A stretch of 64,000 nucleotides of DNA from Polyangiales bacterium (GCA_038230375.1 JBBRNJ010000005.1:96001-160000), one strand, 5' to 3'. Positions 44,498 to 55,230 are shown, numbered from the stretch's first letter. The notes: generated by a model not told the origin, from the sequence alone. Translations and numbers: made by a program.

Positions 44498-44848
44498 CTA
44501 CCGCGCGCGGGCAGCCGCTCTTGATAGCGTTCGCGTGCTCTGGTTCACGCGGCGCCATTCTTCGCGCGTGATCACGCCGTCGGATGCGGCGTCCGCGAGG
44601 ACCTTCTTGACCTCGCTCACGCTCATCTCGAAACGACCGCGGACCTCGCGCGCACGCTCCGTGGACAGCTTGCGACGAACGATGCGGGTCTCCATCCGCT
44701 CGCGAGCGTGCAGCACGCGCTCGTCCACCTTGTGGGAGTACTCCGCCGCGGGCATCGGAAAACGCCCGTGCCGCGCCGAAGCGCCAGCGACCGACGCCGT
44801 CGTCATGAGCGCCAACACAGAGCCAATGCACAACCCCCGAAACAACAT
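44498..44848 (-). CDS. Small secreted basic helical protein with an EF-hand-like DGVITREEW motif
   Basis: Signal-peptide-like N-terminus ending ASA, a charged helical body, and the motif DAASDGVITREEW. Confidence 0.55.
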   Translation of the reverse strand: MLFRGLCIGSVLALMTTASVAGASARHGRFPMPAAEYSHKVDERVLHARERMETRIVRRKLSTERAREVRGRFEMSVSEVKKVLADAASDGVITREEWRRVNQSTRTLSRAAARAR

Positions 44849-44931
44849 CCCCTCCGGAACTAGCACCTCTCCCCGTAAACGTCGCGCCTCGTGATACCCG
44901 GAGCGGTAGAACGTGAACGTGCCCGATCCTC

Positions 44932-45009
44932 GAGGTCGAGGTCGAGGTCGAGGTCGAGGTCGAAGTCGAAGTTGAAGTCGAGGTCGAAGTCGAGGTCGAG
45001 GCCGAGGTC
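44932..45009. repeat. Hexamer tandem array (GAGGTC/GAAGTC), 13 units
   Basis: Read directly. Ends 3 bp from the stop codon of the minus-strand gene at 45013. Confidence 0.95.
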
Positions 45010-45012
45010 GAG

Positions 45013-45858
45013 CTACTGACTACACGGATCCGGCAGCGGGGTCGGTGGCGACCCAGCCTCTGACGTCACGAACGTCAGCCCGATCGAGATCCCACTGCAC
45101 GCAGCCCCCACGATCTGCGTGCCGTCCGCGCCGATATCCGACGACTGCTGCATCGTCGTGAGCAGCTGGTCGATCCCCATGCCCATGCAAAGGTTGCCGT
45201 TCACGCGCCCCGCGGTGGCGCGCACCTCCTCGACGAACGCCGCGGTCTGTATGACGCCCGAGAACGTTCCACCGCCACCGGCGAAGCTGGACACGGCGGC
45301 CTCTGCCACGGGGATCGAAAGTCCCTGCTGAGCGCCGCCTATGTAGACGATGCCTTTGCCGTCGGTGATGTCCACGAACACGGCCGACGTTGCGAAGAAG
45401 GTTGGTGAGATGAGCTGCTTGATCGGCCCGAGCACCACATGGCCGAACGCGTTGTCCGTGCCATTCACTCCATCCAGCTGGACCACGCGCGAGCCATTCA
45501 GCGGAGGTGTGCACACGTTCGTATCGGTGGTGTGGGTGCAGAGCCCGTCCAGGTTGTACCCGAGGTCCATCCACTCGTTCGCGTAGGGCCCGCCGTCCGG
45601 GAAGTGGTCGCCAAAGTTCACGCCATGCAATGCGATGGTGACGCTCGTCGCCGCCATGATCGGCGGGCGATGCGGCAGGCACGTGTCCGCATCGGGCGTC
45701 TCCATCGCAGCCTCCGCCGTTGCATCGACGATGTGACCCGCATCCGCGACGACGCCAGCGTCGTCCACGCTCTGCGTGCTCTTCGATCCGCAAGCGATGG
45801 CAAGCGCACAGAGTGTGGTCGCAAGCGAGCGCCGTGTCGCCTTGGTCATCCCCTGCAT
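45013..45858 (-). CDS. Hypothetical lipoprotein
   Basis: AIAC lipobox and DAG-rich linker. WMDLGYNLDGLCT...DGVNGTDNAFG and CSGISIGLTF motifs. Confidence 0.75.
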   Translation of the reverse strand: MQGMTKATRRSLATTLCALAIACGSKSTQSVDDAGVVADAGHIVDATAEAAMETPDADTCLPHRPPIMAATSVTIALHGVNFGDHFPDGGPYANEWMDLGYNLDGLCTHTTDTNVCTPPLNGSRVVQLDGVNGTDNAFGHVVLGPIKQLISPTFFATSAVFVDITDGKGIVYIGGAQQGLSIPVAEAAVSSFAGGGGTFSGVIQTAAFVEEVRATAGRVNGNLCMGMGIDQLLTTMQQSSDIGADGTQIVGAACSGISIGLTFVTSEAGSPPTPLPDPCSQ

Positions 45859-45873
45859 GTAGCACCACCGGAG

Positions 45874-46245
45874 CTAGCCGACGATCGCGCCTTCTACGTA
45901 GGTGATTGTCACGCCGTTCTCGTTCATGGTGACCGCAGCCACGTCTATTCTCACGCGCTCGATCTCGCGTCGCGTTCGCAGCTCGGAGCTCCAGAGTCGT
46001 CGCGTCGCGCGGAGTAGATTGCGCCGCTTCTCCGCCCTGATCGACGAGAGCCCCGTGTCGTACGAGGAGGCCGCCCGTGTGCGCACCTCCACGACCACGA
46101 GGAGCGGGCCCTTCTCCGCAATGATGTCGATCTCGAGCGGCCCGAGCCGGCGATTCCTCGCGGTCACCCGGAAGCCGCGCACTGCCAGGTAGTCGCAAAC
46201 GGCCTGCTCGGCCGCGCGCCCCCGCTCGTGCCTCTTGTCGCCCAT
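45874..46245 (-). CDS. yraN: YraN family protein (UPF0102)
   Basis: GRAAEQAVCDYL, RN.R..LEIDIIA, VVVEVRTR and RIDVAAV motifs. Confidence 0.92.
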   Translation of the reverse strand: MGDKRHERGRAAEQAVCDYLAVRGFRVTARNRRLGPLEIDIIAEKGPLLVVVEVRTRAASSYDTGLSSIRAEKRRNLLRATRRLWSSELRTRREIERVRIDVAAVTMNENGVTITYVEGAIVG

Positions 46246-46273
46246 GCTCTCGAGCCCGGCTTGCGATTGCCGG

Positions 46274-46891
46274 TCAGTTACACTTGTGGGTGTTCGAGTC
46301 GCAGATCGAGTCGCAGACCTTGCTCGCGTTGTACGCCGTGCCGTTCTTCACGCAGTAACCACCGGTGAGACCTTCGTTGCCGATGCCCGTCGCGGCGACG
46401 AGCTGGTTGCACTTGAAGCCATCGGGGCACGCGCAGTACACGGCGCCATCATCCGTCTTGCCGTCGACGTTCTGGCAGCGGCACGAGCAGTACACGGCCT
46501 TGTCGGACGTGCGGTCGGTGCACTGCGGCTGGACCGCAGCGAGCGCGTTCTTGTCACTCGGGTTGCCGAGCACGTTCGAGTCGGTGCCGGGGACCTTGCA
46601 TGCCTTGTCACCCGAGAGCGCGGCGCCCGTGGCGTCCTGTCCGTAGGCGCACGACACGCGGCCCTGGAAGTGATTCACGAGGCACAGACGGGTCTGGCAC
46701 TGGAAGCTCTTCGACTCGACGCTGACCTGCTTGTAGTCGAAGCCGTTGAAGTCGGTGTTGTACTCCTGCTCTGGAGTGCACGGGTCACCGATGCCGGTGC
46801 TTCCGCATCCCGGAAACACGGCGACCATCACCAGGGAGGCAACTGCAACGATTCCGAGGGCGCCTGCACTCGACAGCGAACGATTCATCAT
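46274..46891 (-). CDS. Cys-rich lipoprotein, CglC/GltK-like
   Basis: FPGC lipobox, GIGDPC, FQCQTRLCL, YCSCRC and GFKC...YCV. Divergent from gltC. The assignment rests on Cys pattern and context. Confidence 0.65.
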   Translation of the reverse strand: MMNRSLSSAGALGIVAVASLVMVAVFPGCGSTGIGDPCTPEQEYNTDFNGFDYKQVSVESKSFQCQTRLCLVNHFQGRVSCAYGQDATGAALSGDKACKVPGTDSNVLGNPSDKNALAAVQPQCTDRTSDKAVYCSCRCQNVDGKTDDGAVYCACPDGFKCNQLVAATGIGNEGLTGGYCVKNGTAYNASKVCDSICDSNTHKCN

Positions 46892-47161
46892 GAACGAGCA
46901 CTCCTACGCAGTTAGAATGCGGTGCCGCGGGAAACCTAAACCGTTGAAGTGAAAGGCGTCAAGCGAAAGCACGGGCTGAGACGCTCGTTGCAAGCGTCGC
47001 GCTCTTGAGACGGGCTTTCTTCATCGGTTCGCGACACACCCAACACCAAGAACCATGGCCTTTGCGGGTTCCATTCATCGCACATTCGTCGCATCTGGCC
47101 GAAGACCGGCCGTAGACCCCCACTACACACGGAAAAACGCTTGTGAGACGGGGCCTAGCCC

Positions 47162-47190
47162 TTGACGTTCCGTGACGCTCTCAATAGCAT
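47162..47190 (+). promoter_or_regulatory. Candidate sigma70-type promoter for the gltC-D-E operon
   Basis: TTGACG-N17-TAGCAT, about 130 bp upstream of the gltC start. Confidence 0.5.
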
Positions 47191-47318
47191 CGCCGCCGCT
47201 AATCCTAGTATCTGGCCAACATCGTTCACGTTTTGGCCGTCCGTTTCTGACCGCTGTTTCTGACCCTGTTCTCATCTCCTTTCTGGCAACCCCCCCGATC
47301 TCTCCCGAGGAAACGACG

Positions 47319-49112
47319 ATGCGAAAGCTTCTCGACAAGGCCCGCGCCCGCGCCCTTTTTCTGGCGCCGGTTCTCGCGATCGCGCTCGCTGCCAATCCGG
47401 CGCAGGCACAGAAGCCGAAGAAACCAAACTCGGGTCAGCCAGCCAAGCCGCCGAAGGGTGGAGCGAAGCCGCCCGCGGGCGGTGGTGGCGCCGACATCGA
47501 GATCGATGATCCCAACACGCCGCCGGCCGGTGGTGGTGGCGGAGGAGCCGCGAAGGCAACGGACAACGCGCCGCCTCCGCAAGCTGGACAGATGACGGAG
47601 CAGGCCGCGCAGGCAAAACGCCTCTTTGACGGCGAGAAGTGGGCGGACGCATCGCTCGCGCTCTACCGCGTCTACAAGGGCGAGACCGGCGACGACGAGG
47701 GCAACAAGCAGCTCGCGCAGTACCACCTTGCGATCGCGCTCTACCGCTTGAAGTTCTACCAGGCCGCGTACGGCATCTTCTCCGAGATCGCCGACAAGCC
47801 GAACCACCTCAAGTTCAACGAGACCTTGCTGTGGCTCTCGAAGCTCGCGACCGACTTGCCGGAGCCCGCCGACATTGTCGAGCGCGTCGGCAAGTACAGC
47901 GACGCGCAGGTCAGCAAGTTCGACAACTCGAACCAGCGCGAGCTCTTCTGGCACCTCAACTATCTGCTGGGTCGCTACAAGTACAAGAACCGCCAGTACG
48001 AGGAGGCGCTCCGCCTGTTCGGCAAGGTCGCGCGCGAGTCGAAGTACTACATCAAGGCGCAGTTCTTCAGCGGCATCTCCAACGTGCAGCTCCGCAAGAG
48101 CGTGCCCGCGGTCGAGTCGTTCCGCCGCATCGTCGGCGCGATCGAAGAGGGCGTCGAGGGCCTCGAGGACGAGGGCCGCATGCGCGACCTCGCGCTCCTT
48201 TCCATTGCCCGCACCATGTACTCGAAGTCCGTCTCGATCGACGAGGCGTCAGGCGCTCCGAAGATCAGCCAGGACCACCTCTCACAGGCCGTCATTTACT
48301 GGAACAAGGTCGACGTCGCGTCGGAGTACTGGCTCGACGGCCTCTTCGAGGAGTCGTGGGCCTACTTCATGGCCGGTGACTACGCGCACTCGCTCGGCAA
48401 CATCCACACGATCCAGGCGCCGTACTTCCCGAACTCGTACTACCCGGAGGCGGAGATCCTCAAGGCGGTCATCTACTTCTCGAACTGCCAGTACGACGAC
48501 GCCACGATCATCGTCGCGAAGTTCCAGCAGCGCTACCAGCCGCTCTACGACGACCTCAACAAGGTCCTTGGCAAGTTCAAGGGCGAGAACCAGGAAGAGC
48601 CCTTCTACAAATTCTTGAAGGACGTTCGTGACGGCAAGGCGGACCTTCCGCCGCGCACGAAGACCGTCGTCGAGAACGCGCTCTCCGACCGCTCGCTCCT
48701 CCGTCACCTCCAGTACGTGCAGGTGCTCGACGACGAGGGCAACCGCTTCAAGAAGGCGCCCGGCAGCTTCCAGAACTCGCCGCTCGGCAACGACGTCAAG
48801 GACGCGCTCCAGCTCGCCCGCGACATCGCGGTCCGTAACGCAGGTCAGCTCGCGAAGGAGCGCTACGAGCGAAACCTCGCGGAGCTCAACGAGCACCTTC
48901 GTGACAGCGCGAAGATCCTCATCGATATCACCGCCGCCCAGCGTAACCAGCTGGACCAGGCCATCCAGGGTAGCCAGGTGTCGGTCCAAGAATCCCAGCG
49001 CAACATCGTCAAAGCAGACGACGAGCACGTCATCTGGCCGTTCGACGGCGAGTACTGGCGTGATGAGCTCGGGTTCTATCGTCAGACCATCACCTCGAAG
49101 TGTGGGAGGTAG
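47319..49112 (+). CDS. gltC: Gliding motility TPR protein GltC
   Basis: Signal peptide and TPR-like repeats. LFEESWAYF, LGNIHTIQAPYF, YPEAEILKAVIYF and C-terminal WPFDGEYWRDELGFY motifs. Confidence 0.85.
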   Translation: MRKLLDKARARALFLAPVLAIALAANPAQAQKPKKPNSGQPAKPPKGGAKPPAGGGGADIEIDDPNTPPAGGGGGGAAKATDNAPPPQAGQMTEQAAQAKRLFDGEKWADASLALYRVYKGETGDDEGNKQLAQYHLAIALYRLKFYQAAYGIFSEIADKPNHLKFNETLLWLSKLATDLPEPADIVERVGKYSDAQVSKFDNSNQRELFWHLNYLLGRYKYKNRQYEEALRLFGKVARESKYYIKAQFFSGISNVQLRKSVPAVESFRRIVGAIEEGVEGLEDEGRMRDLALLSIARTMYSKSVSIDEASGAPKISQDHLSQAVIYWNKVDVASEYWLDGLFEESWAYFMAGDYAHSLGNIHTIQAPYFPNSYYPEAEILKAVIYFSNCQYDDATIIVAKFQQRYQPLYDDLNKVLGKFKGENQEEPFYKFLKDVRDGKADLPPRTKTVVENALSDRSLLRHLQYVQVLDDEGNRFKKAPGSFQNSPLGNDVKDALQLARDIAVRNAGQLAKERYERNLAELNEHLRDSAKILIDITAAQRNQLDQAIQGSQVSVQESQRNIVKADDEHVIWPFDGEYWRDELGFYRQTITSKCGR

Positions 49113-49116
49113 GTAT

Positions 49117-52100
49117 ATGAAACGCGTCCTTTCTTTCGTGGCCTCTCTCTCCATCGGCGCAGCCGTGACTGGCGCCGTGCTCTTCAGCAGCACCACCGCG
49201 CATGCGCAGGGCGTCTGCATCGACGAGAAAGCCAAGACCGCGCTCAACGCGTGCGCCGCTGGCGGACCGAAGGAGTTCGACGTCGGCAAGCACGGGAAGT
49301 CACCGCAGGTGAACTTCCACTCCGTCGCGCCTCCCGCTGACCTCAAGAAGAAAGAGGACCAGAAGAAGCCGGGCGCTCCGGTCATGGACATCCCGCGCGA
49401 CGATCGGACGAGCCGCTTGAAGGCACGTCAGAAGGGCCTCCTCGTCACCGAGATCCAGGGACTCGAGAACCTGTTCGGTACGACCGGCCGCGGCGCCACC
49501 GACCGCCCGACGCTCGCGCGTCGCCTCGCGGAGGACTACGTCGAGCTCGAGAGCGCGGCCTTCCGCGACAAGACCAACGCCGAGATCGCGCGCGACGGCG
49601 CCAAGAAGACGAACCCGTCGCAGGCCGGTCAGTTCCAGACGCAGGCGAACTCCGCCGACAACGTGCAGAAGGCGGCTCGCGCAAAGGCGATCCAGTACTA
49701 CTCGCTCGTCAAGAACGACTACCCGAACTACCCGCAGCTCGACGAGGTCCTCTACTTCCTCGCCTACGAGTACGAGCAGGGGTCCGACTACGCGAACGCG
49801 CGCAAGGTCTACTACGAGCTCATCCAGAAGCGCCCCGACTCCAAGTACGTCCCCAACGCGTACCTCGCCTTCGGAGAGCTCTTCTTCAACGAGGCGCAGG
49901 GCGACCCGTCGAAGTTCGATCTCGCTGCCAAGGCCTACCTCGAGGTCATCAAGTACCCGCCGCCGAACAACAAGGTGTTCGGGTACGCGCACTACAAGCT
50001 TGGCTACGTGTTCTGGAACCAGGGAGATTTCCCGCACGCCATCAGCGAGTTCAAGAAGACGATCGACTACGGCGTTGCCTACGCGCAGGTCCCCGGAGCC
50101 GCCAAGCTCGCGGACAGCGCGCGCAAGGACATCATCCCGGTGTACGCGCTCTCCGGCGATCCGGACAAGGCGTACAACTTCTTCAAGGGTCTCTCCGGCG
50201 ACGTCGGCGGCTCGAACGACAAGACGTTCAAGATGATGGACGACCTGGGTAACAACTACCTGGACACCGGCCACTATCCCGAGGCGATCTCGCTCTACAA
50301 GGATCTCTTGAACCGCGATCGCGGCGGCCGTGCGTGCGTCTACCAGGCGCACATCACCGAAGCGACGATGGCCATGAAGTCCAACAACAAGGACGCCATC
50401 AAGGCCGAGCTCGACAACCAGGCGAAGATCTACGACGCGTTCAAGGCGTCGGGCCAGTGGGCCGATCAGCGTCAGGAGTGCGCGAACAAGACCGCATCGC
50501 TCATCACCGAAACGGCGATGGCGTGGCACCTCGAGGCCGTCGGCTCACAGGGCCAGCGCGGCACGGGCGATCAGAAGACCATGGGTCTCGCCGCGTACCT
50601 CTACAAGAAGGCCGGCGACACGTGGAGCGCCGCCGAGTTCCAGACGTTCTCGTTCCCGCGCATCGTGAAGGAGGACTGGCCGACGATCTACAAGATCAAG
50701 TACGCCATGGCCGACCTTCTGTACTTCCAGGAGCGCTGGGGTGACTGCGGTCCTGCGTTCGACGCCGTCGTGGCGGAGAACCCCACCGCCGCCGAGGCGC
50801 CCGAGGCCGCGTACGCGAGCGTGCTCTGCTACCAGAAGATCTACGATCAGCAGCACGCGCACGGCGAGGGCAAGAAGGGCTCCGGCAACCTTCCCGGCCA
50901 GGGCAAGGACGACAAGAAGAAGAAGGCAGCGGCCGAGGACGAGGACGCCAAGCTCAAGCCCAAGGAGTTCTCCGATTCGCAGAAGGGCATGCTGAGCGCC
51001 TTCAACCGCTACATCTGCTACATCAAGCCCGCGGACAAGGACACCACGGGCCAGGACCAGCTCGTCGAGGTGAAGTACGCCCGCGCGCGTACCTACTTCG
51101 AGGCGCAGCACTGGGAGGAGTCCGCGATCGCGTTCCGCGAGATCGCGATGGAGAACTCCGACAAGGACATCGGCATCTATGCCGCGCAGCTCTATCTCGA
51201 GAGCATCAACATCGTCGGGTCGCACTCGAACCCGCCGCGCCCCGGCTGCTACGACGACATGGGACAGGACGTCCCGAAGTTCGTCGAGCTCTACTGCACG
51301 GGCGAGAAGGCCACGAAGAACGTGGAACAGTGCACGACCTTGAACAAGGTCGCCGTCGACCTTCTCCGCCTCAAGGCGCAGAAGCTCGTCGAGATCGCCG
51401 ACAAGACGGGCGGCATGGGCGCGCTCACGACCTACGAGCAGGGCGGCAACGCGTACTTCGAGATGTTCCGGAAGTACTGCCAGGATCCGGTCGCGAACAA
51501 CCTGCCCCCGCAGGCAGAGCGGTGCGACGAGATCGCGTACAACGCGGCCAAGTCGTTCCAGGCGGCGCGTCTCCTCGCGAAGGCGATCGCGGCGCGTCGT
51601 GCGCTGCTCGAGTTCGACGCGAAGACCAACGGCAAGTCGCAGCTCGCCAAGAAGGCGACCTACGAGATCGGCGGTAACTACCAGGCCATCGCGGTGTACG
51701 AGCTCGCGGCCGAGTGGTTCGAGCGCTACCAGAAGGCGGACCCCAGCGCAGAGAAGGCCGACCAGGCCCTGTCCGACGCCGTGCTCCTCCGTCTTGGTCT
51801 CGGCATGGAAGAGCAGGCCATCGACGACGCGCGCGTCTTCACCCGTCAGTACGGCGCGAAGAAGCCGCAGCAGACGGCGCAGATCGCATTCGCGGTCGGC
51901 GCTCACTACGCGGAGAAGGAAGACTGGGCGGCCGCGAAGGGCGCGCTCTCCGGCTCCATGGGCGTCATCGACAAGGCCGCGCCGGACATCCGTGTCCAGG
52001 CGCACGCCACCCTCGCGCGCGTGCTCTCCAAGTTCAAGGATGGCGGCGGTCAGGCGAAGGGCGAGTACGCGAAGGTTCGCGCCCTCTGGGCGGATCCCGC

Positions 52101-52905
52101 GGACGCAGAGGCGAAGATCCGCGGCGGCTACCCGGGCGAGGACGCCGGGCAGCAGGACAAGCGTCTCGCGAAGGCGCTCATCGCCGTGGGCGAGGCGTTC
52201 TTCTACTCGGCCGAGGAGGCCCGTCGTGCGACGGTCGACCCGATCAAATTCCCCGAATACAAGGGCGCCGGAACCAAGGATGAAGTGCTGAAGCACATCA
52301 ATACCAAGGTGAAGGACTGGTACATCAAGAAGACGGACGCCATCAAGAAGGTGGAGCCGGAGTACGTCAAGATCCTCGAGCTCAAGCCGGTGCCTCCGCC
52401 GCGCTGGGTCATCGCGGCTGGCTCTCGCGCCGGTCTCATGTGGGGTGACTTCGTGGACGACTTCCGCAAGGCGCCGATCCCCGAAGCCTGGAAGAAGGAC
52501 CCCGAGATCCGCGGCACGTACTACGACGCGCTCGACGGCGCGAGCGAGCCCTTCAAGAGCGGCAACGCAAAGCCTGCGCTCAAGAAGTGCCTCGATCTGT
52601 CGGTGAAGTACCAGTACTTCGACGAGTTCTCGCGTAACTGCGAGGTCTGGCTGGCGAAGAACTACAAGGCCGAATACCACGTCGTCGACGAGCTGCGCGG
52701 AGCGCCCACGCTCTCCAACAGCGGTCTCGACGAACGTTCTCCGCCCGTCCTCGTTGGCGGTGCCTTCTGGCACCCCGTCGTCGCGGCACCGGAGAAGAAC
52801 GCAGGCGGCACCGCGAGCGGTGGCGGCGACGACAACAAGGGTGGCGATGCGAAGGGCGGCGATGCCCCGCCGCCGAAGAAGCCCAAGGGCGGCGGGAAGA
52901 AGTGA
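49117..52905 (+). CDS. gltD: Gliding motility TPR protein GltD (AgmU-like)
   Basis: Signal peptide and about 1260 aa. TPR motifs YPNYPQLDEVLYFLAY, PDSKYVPNAYLAFGELFF and YAHYKLGY. Directly upstream of gltE-F-G. Confidence 0.82.
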   Translation: MKRVLSFVASLSIGAAVTGAVLFSSTTAHAQGVCIDEKAKTALNACAAGGPKEFDVGKHGKSPQVNFHSVAPPADLKKKEDQKKPGAPVMDIPRDDRTSRLKARQKGLLVTEIQGLENLFGTTGRGATDRPTLARRLAEDYVELESAAFRDKTNAEIARDGAKKTNPSQAGQFQTQANSADNVQKAARAKAIQYYSLVKNDYPNYPQLDEVLYFLAYEYEQGSDYANARKVYYELIQKRPDSKYVPNAYLAFGELFFNEAQGDPSKFDLAAKAYLEVIKYPPPNNKVFGYAHYKLGYVFWNQGDFPHAISEFKKTIDYGVAYAQVPGAAKLADSARKDIIPVYALSGDPDKAYNFFKGLSGDVGGSNDKTFKMMDDLGNNYLDTGHYPEAISLYKDLLNRDRGGRACVYQAHITEATMAMKSNNKDAIKAELDNQAKIYDAFKASGQWADQRQECANKTASLITETAMAWHLEAVGSQGQRGTGDQKTMGLAAYLYKKAGDTWSAAEFQTFSFPRIVKEDWPTIYKIKYAMADLLYFQERWGDCGPAFDAVVAENPTAAEAPEAAYASVLCYQKIYDQQHAHGEGKKGSGNLPGQGKDDKKKKAAAEDEDAKLKPKEFSDSQKGMLSAFNRYICYIKPADKDTTGQDQLVEVKYARARTYFEAQHWEESAIAFREIAMENSDKDIGIYAAQLYLESINIVGSHSNPPRPGCYDDMGQDVPKFVELYCTGEKATKNVEQCTTLNKVAVDLLRLKAQKLVEIADKTGGMGALTTYEQGGNAYFEMFRKYCQDPVANNLPPQAERCDEIAYNAAKSFQAARLLAKAIAARRALLEFDAKTNGKSQLAKKATYEIGGNYQAIAVYELAAEWFERYQKADPSAEKADQALSDAVLLRLGLGMEEQAIDDARVFTRQYGAKKPQQTAQIAFAVGAHYAEKEDWAAAKGALSGSMGVIDKAAPDIRVQAHATLARVLSKFKDGGGQAKGEYAKVRALWADPADAEAKIRGGYPGEDAGQQDKRLAKALIAVGEAFFYSAEEARRATVDPIKFPEYKGAGTKDEVLKHINTKVKDWYIKKTDAIKKVEPEYVKILELKPVPPPRWVIAAGSRAGLMWGDFVDDFRKAPIPEAWKKDPEIRGTYYDALDGASEPFKSGNAKPALKKCLDLSVKYQYFDEFSRNCEVWLAKNYKAEYHVVDELRGAPTLSNSGLDERSPPVLVGGAFWHPVVAAPEKNAGGTASGGGDDNKGGDAKGGDAPPPKKPKGGGKK

Positions 52906-52916
52906 AGGAGCTAGTC

Positions 52917-54458
52917 ATGAAACGTGTACACTACATTCTTTCTGGCGCACTCATCACCCTGGCGCTCGCTGCATGCGGCGGCAACAAGCCCGAGGCCGAC
53001 ACCGGCGGCACGAAGAAGCCGCCGCCCGGTGGCGGCACGCCGACCGAGTCGGTCTCCAAGAACGCGGAGGAGAAGTTCAACGCGGCGATGGAGGTCTTCG
53101 TTGGTCACGACAAGACCAACGACTGGACGGACGAGACGTGCGCTTCGGTCGCGAAGGCATTCCAGGATGCCGCGGCGGAGATGAAGTCTGGGAAGTTCCC
53201 GGAGGCCACCTTCAACGCGGGTCTCGCGTACCAGCGCTGCGGCAACGACAAGGAAGCGCGCGCGCGCTTCGAGAAGACGCTTGCGGACGACCCAAACTTC
53301 TCGTCGGCTCGTGCGCAGATCGCGCTCTACAAGTACAAGGCCGACTCGAACGAGGACGGCGTCATCGCGGAGCTCCAGCAGGCCGTTCTGGACGCCAAGT
53401 TCCAGAACGTCCCGGCGCTCGTGAACCTCGCGATGTTCCAGATGCAGCGCGACGGCTCCACCGGGGTCCAGGGCTGCAAGGACGACTTCGAGTGCGCGAA
53501 GCAGAACCTGCAGCGCGCGCTCGCGATCGACGACGCGTTCATGCCCGCCTTCAACCAGCTCGCGCTCTACTACTTCTCGCAGGCGAAGAAGCGCGCGGGT
53601 GCGATCAAGTCGTCACAGAAGGGCGGCCGCGGTCGACAGATCGCCACGAACGCCGCGATGGGTAAGCGCGCGGACGTGCAGCAGCTCGAGCTCGCGGCGC
53701 TCGTGTGCTCGCAGGCCATTCGCAAGAACCCGAACTACGCTCCGATCCACAACACCGCCGGTCTCATCCAGAACGAGCTCGGGCAAGTGAACAGCGCCGT
53801 CGGTGAGTTCGCGCAAGCCGCCAAGCTCGATGCGAAGTTCTTCGAAGCACAGATGAACTACGCGGCCGTCAACCTGTCGTTCCGCGGGTTCGATCAGGCA
53901 GCAGGCGCCTACAAGAAGGCGCTCGAGATGCGCCCGAACGACTACGACGCGCACCTCGGAAACGCGCTCGCGCTCCGCGGCCTCATCAACGACTCGAACT
54001 ACGACGCGCAGGTCCTCGCCGTTCAGGCGGAGCTCGACACGTGCAAGAAGCTCGATGCGAACCGTCCCGACGCCTACTACAACGAGGGCATCCTCACGCA
54101 GGAGTACAAGGCGAAGGCTGGCGGCGGCAAAGAGAAGACGATCGCGGCGCTCAAGCAGGCGACCACGATCTACCAGACGTTCCTCGACAAGGCCGAGGGC
54201 AAGGCCGAGTACGACGGCGCCGTGAAGCGGACGCGTGGCAACGGCGACAAGAAGGATCTCGGTCGCATGGGGGACATCGACGACACCATCAAGTTCCTCG
54301 AGCTCCCTGGTCCCGAGCAGACTGCACCCCCGGCTGGCCCCGCGGCTCCTCCTGCAGGTGGCGCCAGTGCAGCCCCCGCGGCCGACTCTCCGGCCCCGGC
54401 AGGCGGTGCGGGCGCAGCGCCTGCTCCCGCAGCTCCGGCTCCGGCTCCGGCCAAGTAG
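52917..54458 (+). CDS. gltE: Gliding motility TPR lipoprotein GltE (AglT-like)
   Basis: LAAC lipobox. TPRs YAPIHNTAGLI, FFEAQMNYAAVNLSFRGF and YDAHLGNALALRG. Pro/Ala tail. Confidence 0.85.
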   Translation: MKRVHYILSGALITLALAACGGNKPEADTGGTKKPPPGGGTPTESVSKNAEEKFNAAMEVFVGHDKTNDWTDETCASVAKAFQDAAAEMKSGKFPEATFNAGLAYQRCGNDKEARARFEKTLADDPNFSSARAQIALYKYKADSNEDGVIAELQQAVLDAKFQNVPALVNLAMFQMQRDGSTGVQGCKDDFECAKQNLQRALAIDDAFMPAFNQLALYYFSQAKKRAGAIKSSQKGGRGRQIATNAAMGKRADVQQLELAALVCSQAIRKNPNYAPIHNTAGLIQNELGQVNSAVGEFAQAAKLDAKFFEAQMNYAAVNLSFRGFDQAAGAYKKALEMRPNDYDAHLGNALALRGLINDSNYDAQVLAVQAELDTCKKLDANRPDAYYNEGILTQEYKAKAGGGKEKTIAALKQATTIYQTFLDKAEGKAEYDGAVKRTRGNGDKKDLGRMGDIDDTIKFLELPGPEQTAPPAGPAAPPAGGASAAPAADSPAPAGGAGAAPAPAAPAPAPAK

Positions 54459-54640
54459 TCCGACCCGAAAAGTAGCGGAAAGCTCGAGAAATCGAGCGTT
54501 TCGCTGCGGGTTTGGGGCTCTCCCGATCCAGCCCCAGCCAACTTTTCGTCTGCCTTTTTTGTCGCTGTGGGAACCTTTCCCGGGCCCCCGTGTCGAACTC
54601 TGCGAGCACCAAGACCCGTTCTGCATGCGAAGGCAGCAGA

Positions 54641-54680
54641 CCGGATCAATGGCCGGATCAAAGGTCGGATCAAAGGCCGG
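54641..54680. repeat. 12-bp tandem repeat x3 (ccggatcaaagg) upstream of gltF
   Basis: ccggatcaatgg ccggatcaaagg tcggatcaaagg ccgg. Confidence 0.85.
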
Positions 54681-54842
54681 CCAGAGTTGGGCATCTAAAG
54701 GGATGGCACCCGGGCAGGACGGATGTACACTGACACTGGAATTGTACCCCGCTTTTCTCGCGTGATTTTAACGACTAAGGTTCAGATCGGAAACTCCGAC
54801 GTGGACCAAACGCACGGACCATCTGCCCAAAGGATCTCCATC

Positions 54843-55145
54843 ATGACCTTCAATGCAAAGCGACTCGTTCTCGGAATCGTGATCGGTGCAGCGATGCTCG
54901 CGCTCGCGCCCACCAGCGCGTTCGCTCAGGCTGCCACCGCAGGCGCGCCCGCAGCGAAGGACTCTGGCGGCAAGAAAGACGGCGATGGATACGGCTACGA
55001 GTTCTCGGACGACCCGCTGAGCGGCGGTGGTTTCGGTCCGAACGACGCGACGATTCGCGTTCGTCCTGGTCCCGTGCGCACGACCCTCATCCGCCCCCGC
55101 ACGTCCTTCGTGCCGGAGATGCTGAAGTCGGTCGAAAACTTGTAA
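54843..55145 (+). CDS. gltF: Gliding motility protein GltF (CglF)
   Basis: Signal peptide ending AFA-Q. YEFSDDPLSG and C-terminal TLIRPRTSFVPEMLKSVENL. Lies between gltE and gltG. Confidence 0.88.
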   Translation: MTFNAKRLVLGIVIGAAMLALAPTSAFAQAATAGAPAAKDSGGKKDGDGYGYEFSDDPLSGGGFGPNDATIRVRPGPVRTTLIRPRTSFVPEMLKSVENL

Positions 55146-55230
55146 TCTACATGTGATTCCGCGCACATTTACCGCGCGAAATCAGACTGAGTGATGGCTG
55201 TGGCTGCTTGGCAGCGGAAGGTGTTTCACG

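Noticed and set aside
44212..45012. Integrative element at tRNA-His
   Set aside because: No integrase, no duplicated tRNA 3' end seen, and no evident compositional break.
47172..47318. Long N-terminal extensions in the ORF track (also 1005, 34744, 43043, 48628, 31195, 32153)
   Set aside because: Downstream starts give proper signal peptides or family N-termini. The extensions overlap promoters or neighbouring genes.
50545..52773. 742-aa minus-strand ORF
   Set aside because: Antisense shadow of gltD.
54704..54720. Sigma54 promoter (tggcac) upstream of gltF
   Set aside because: No TTGC -12 element at the correct distance.
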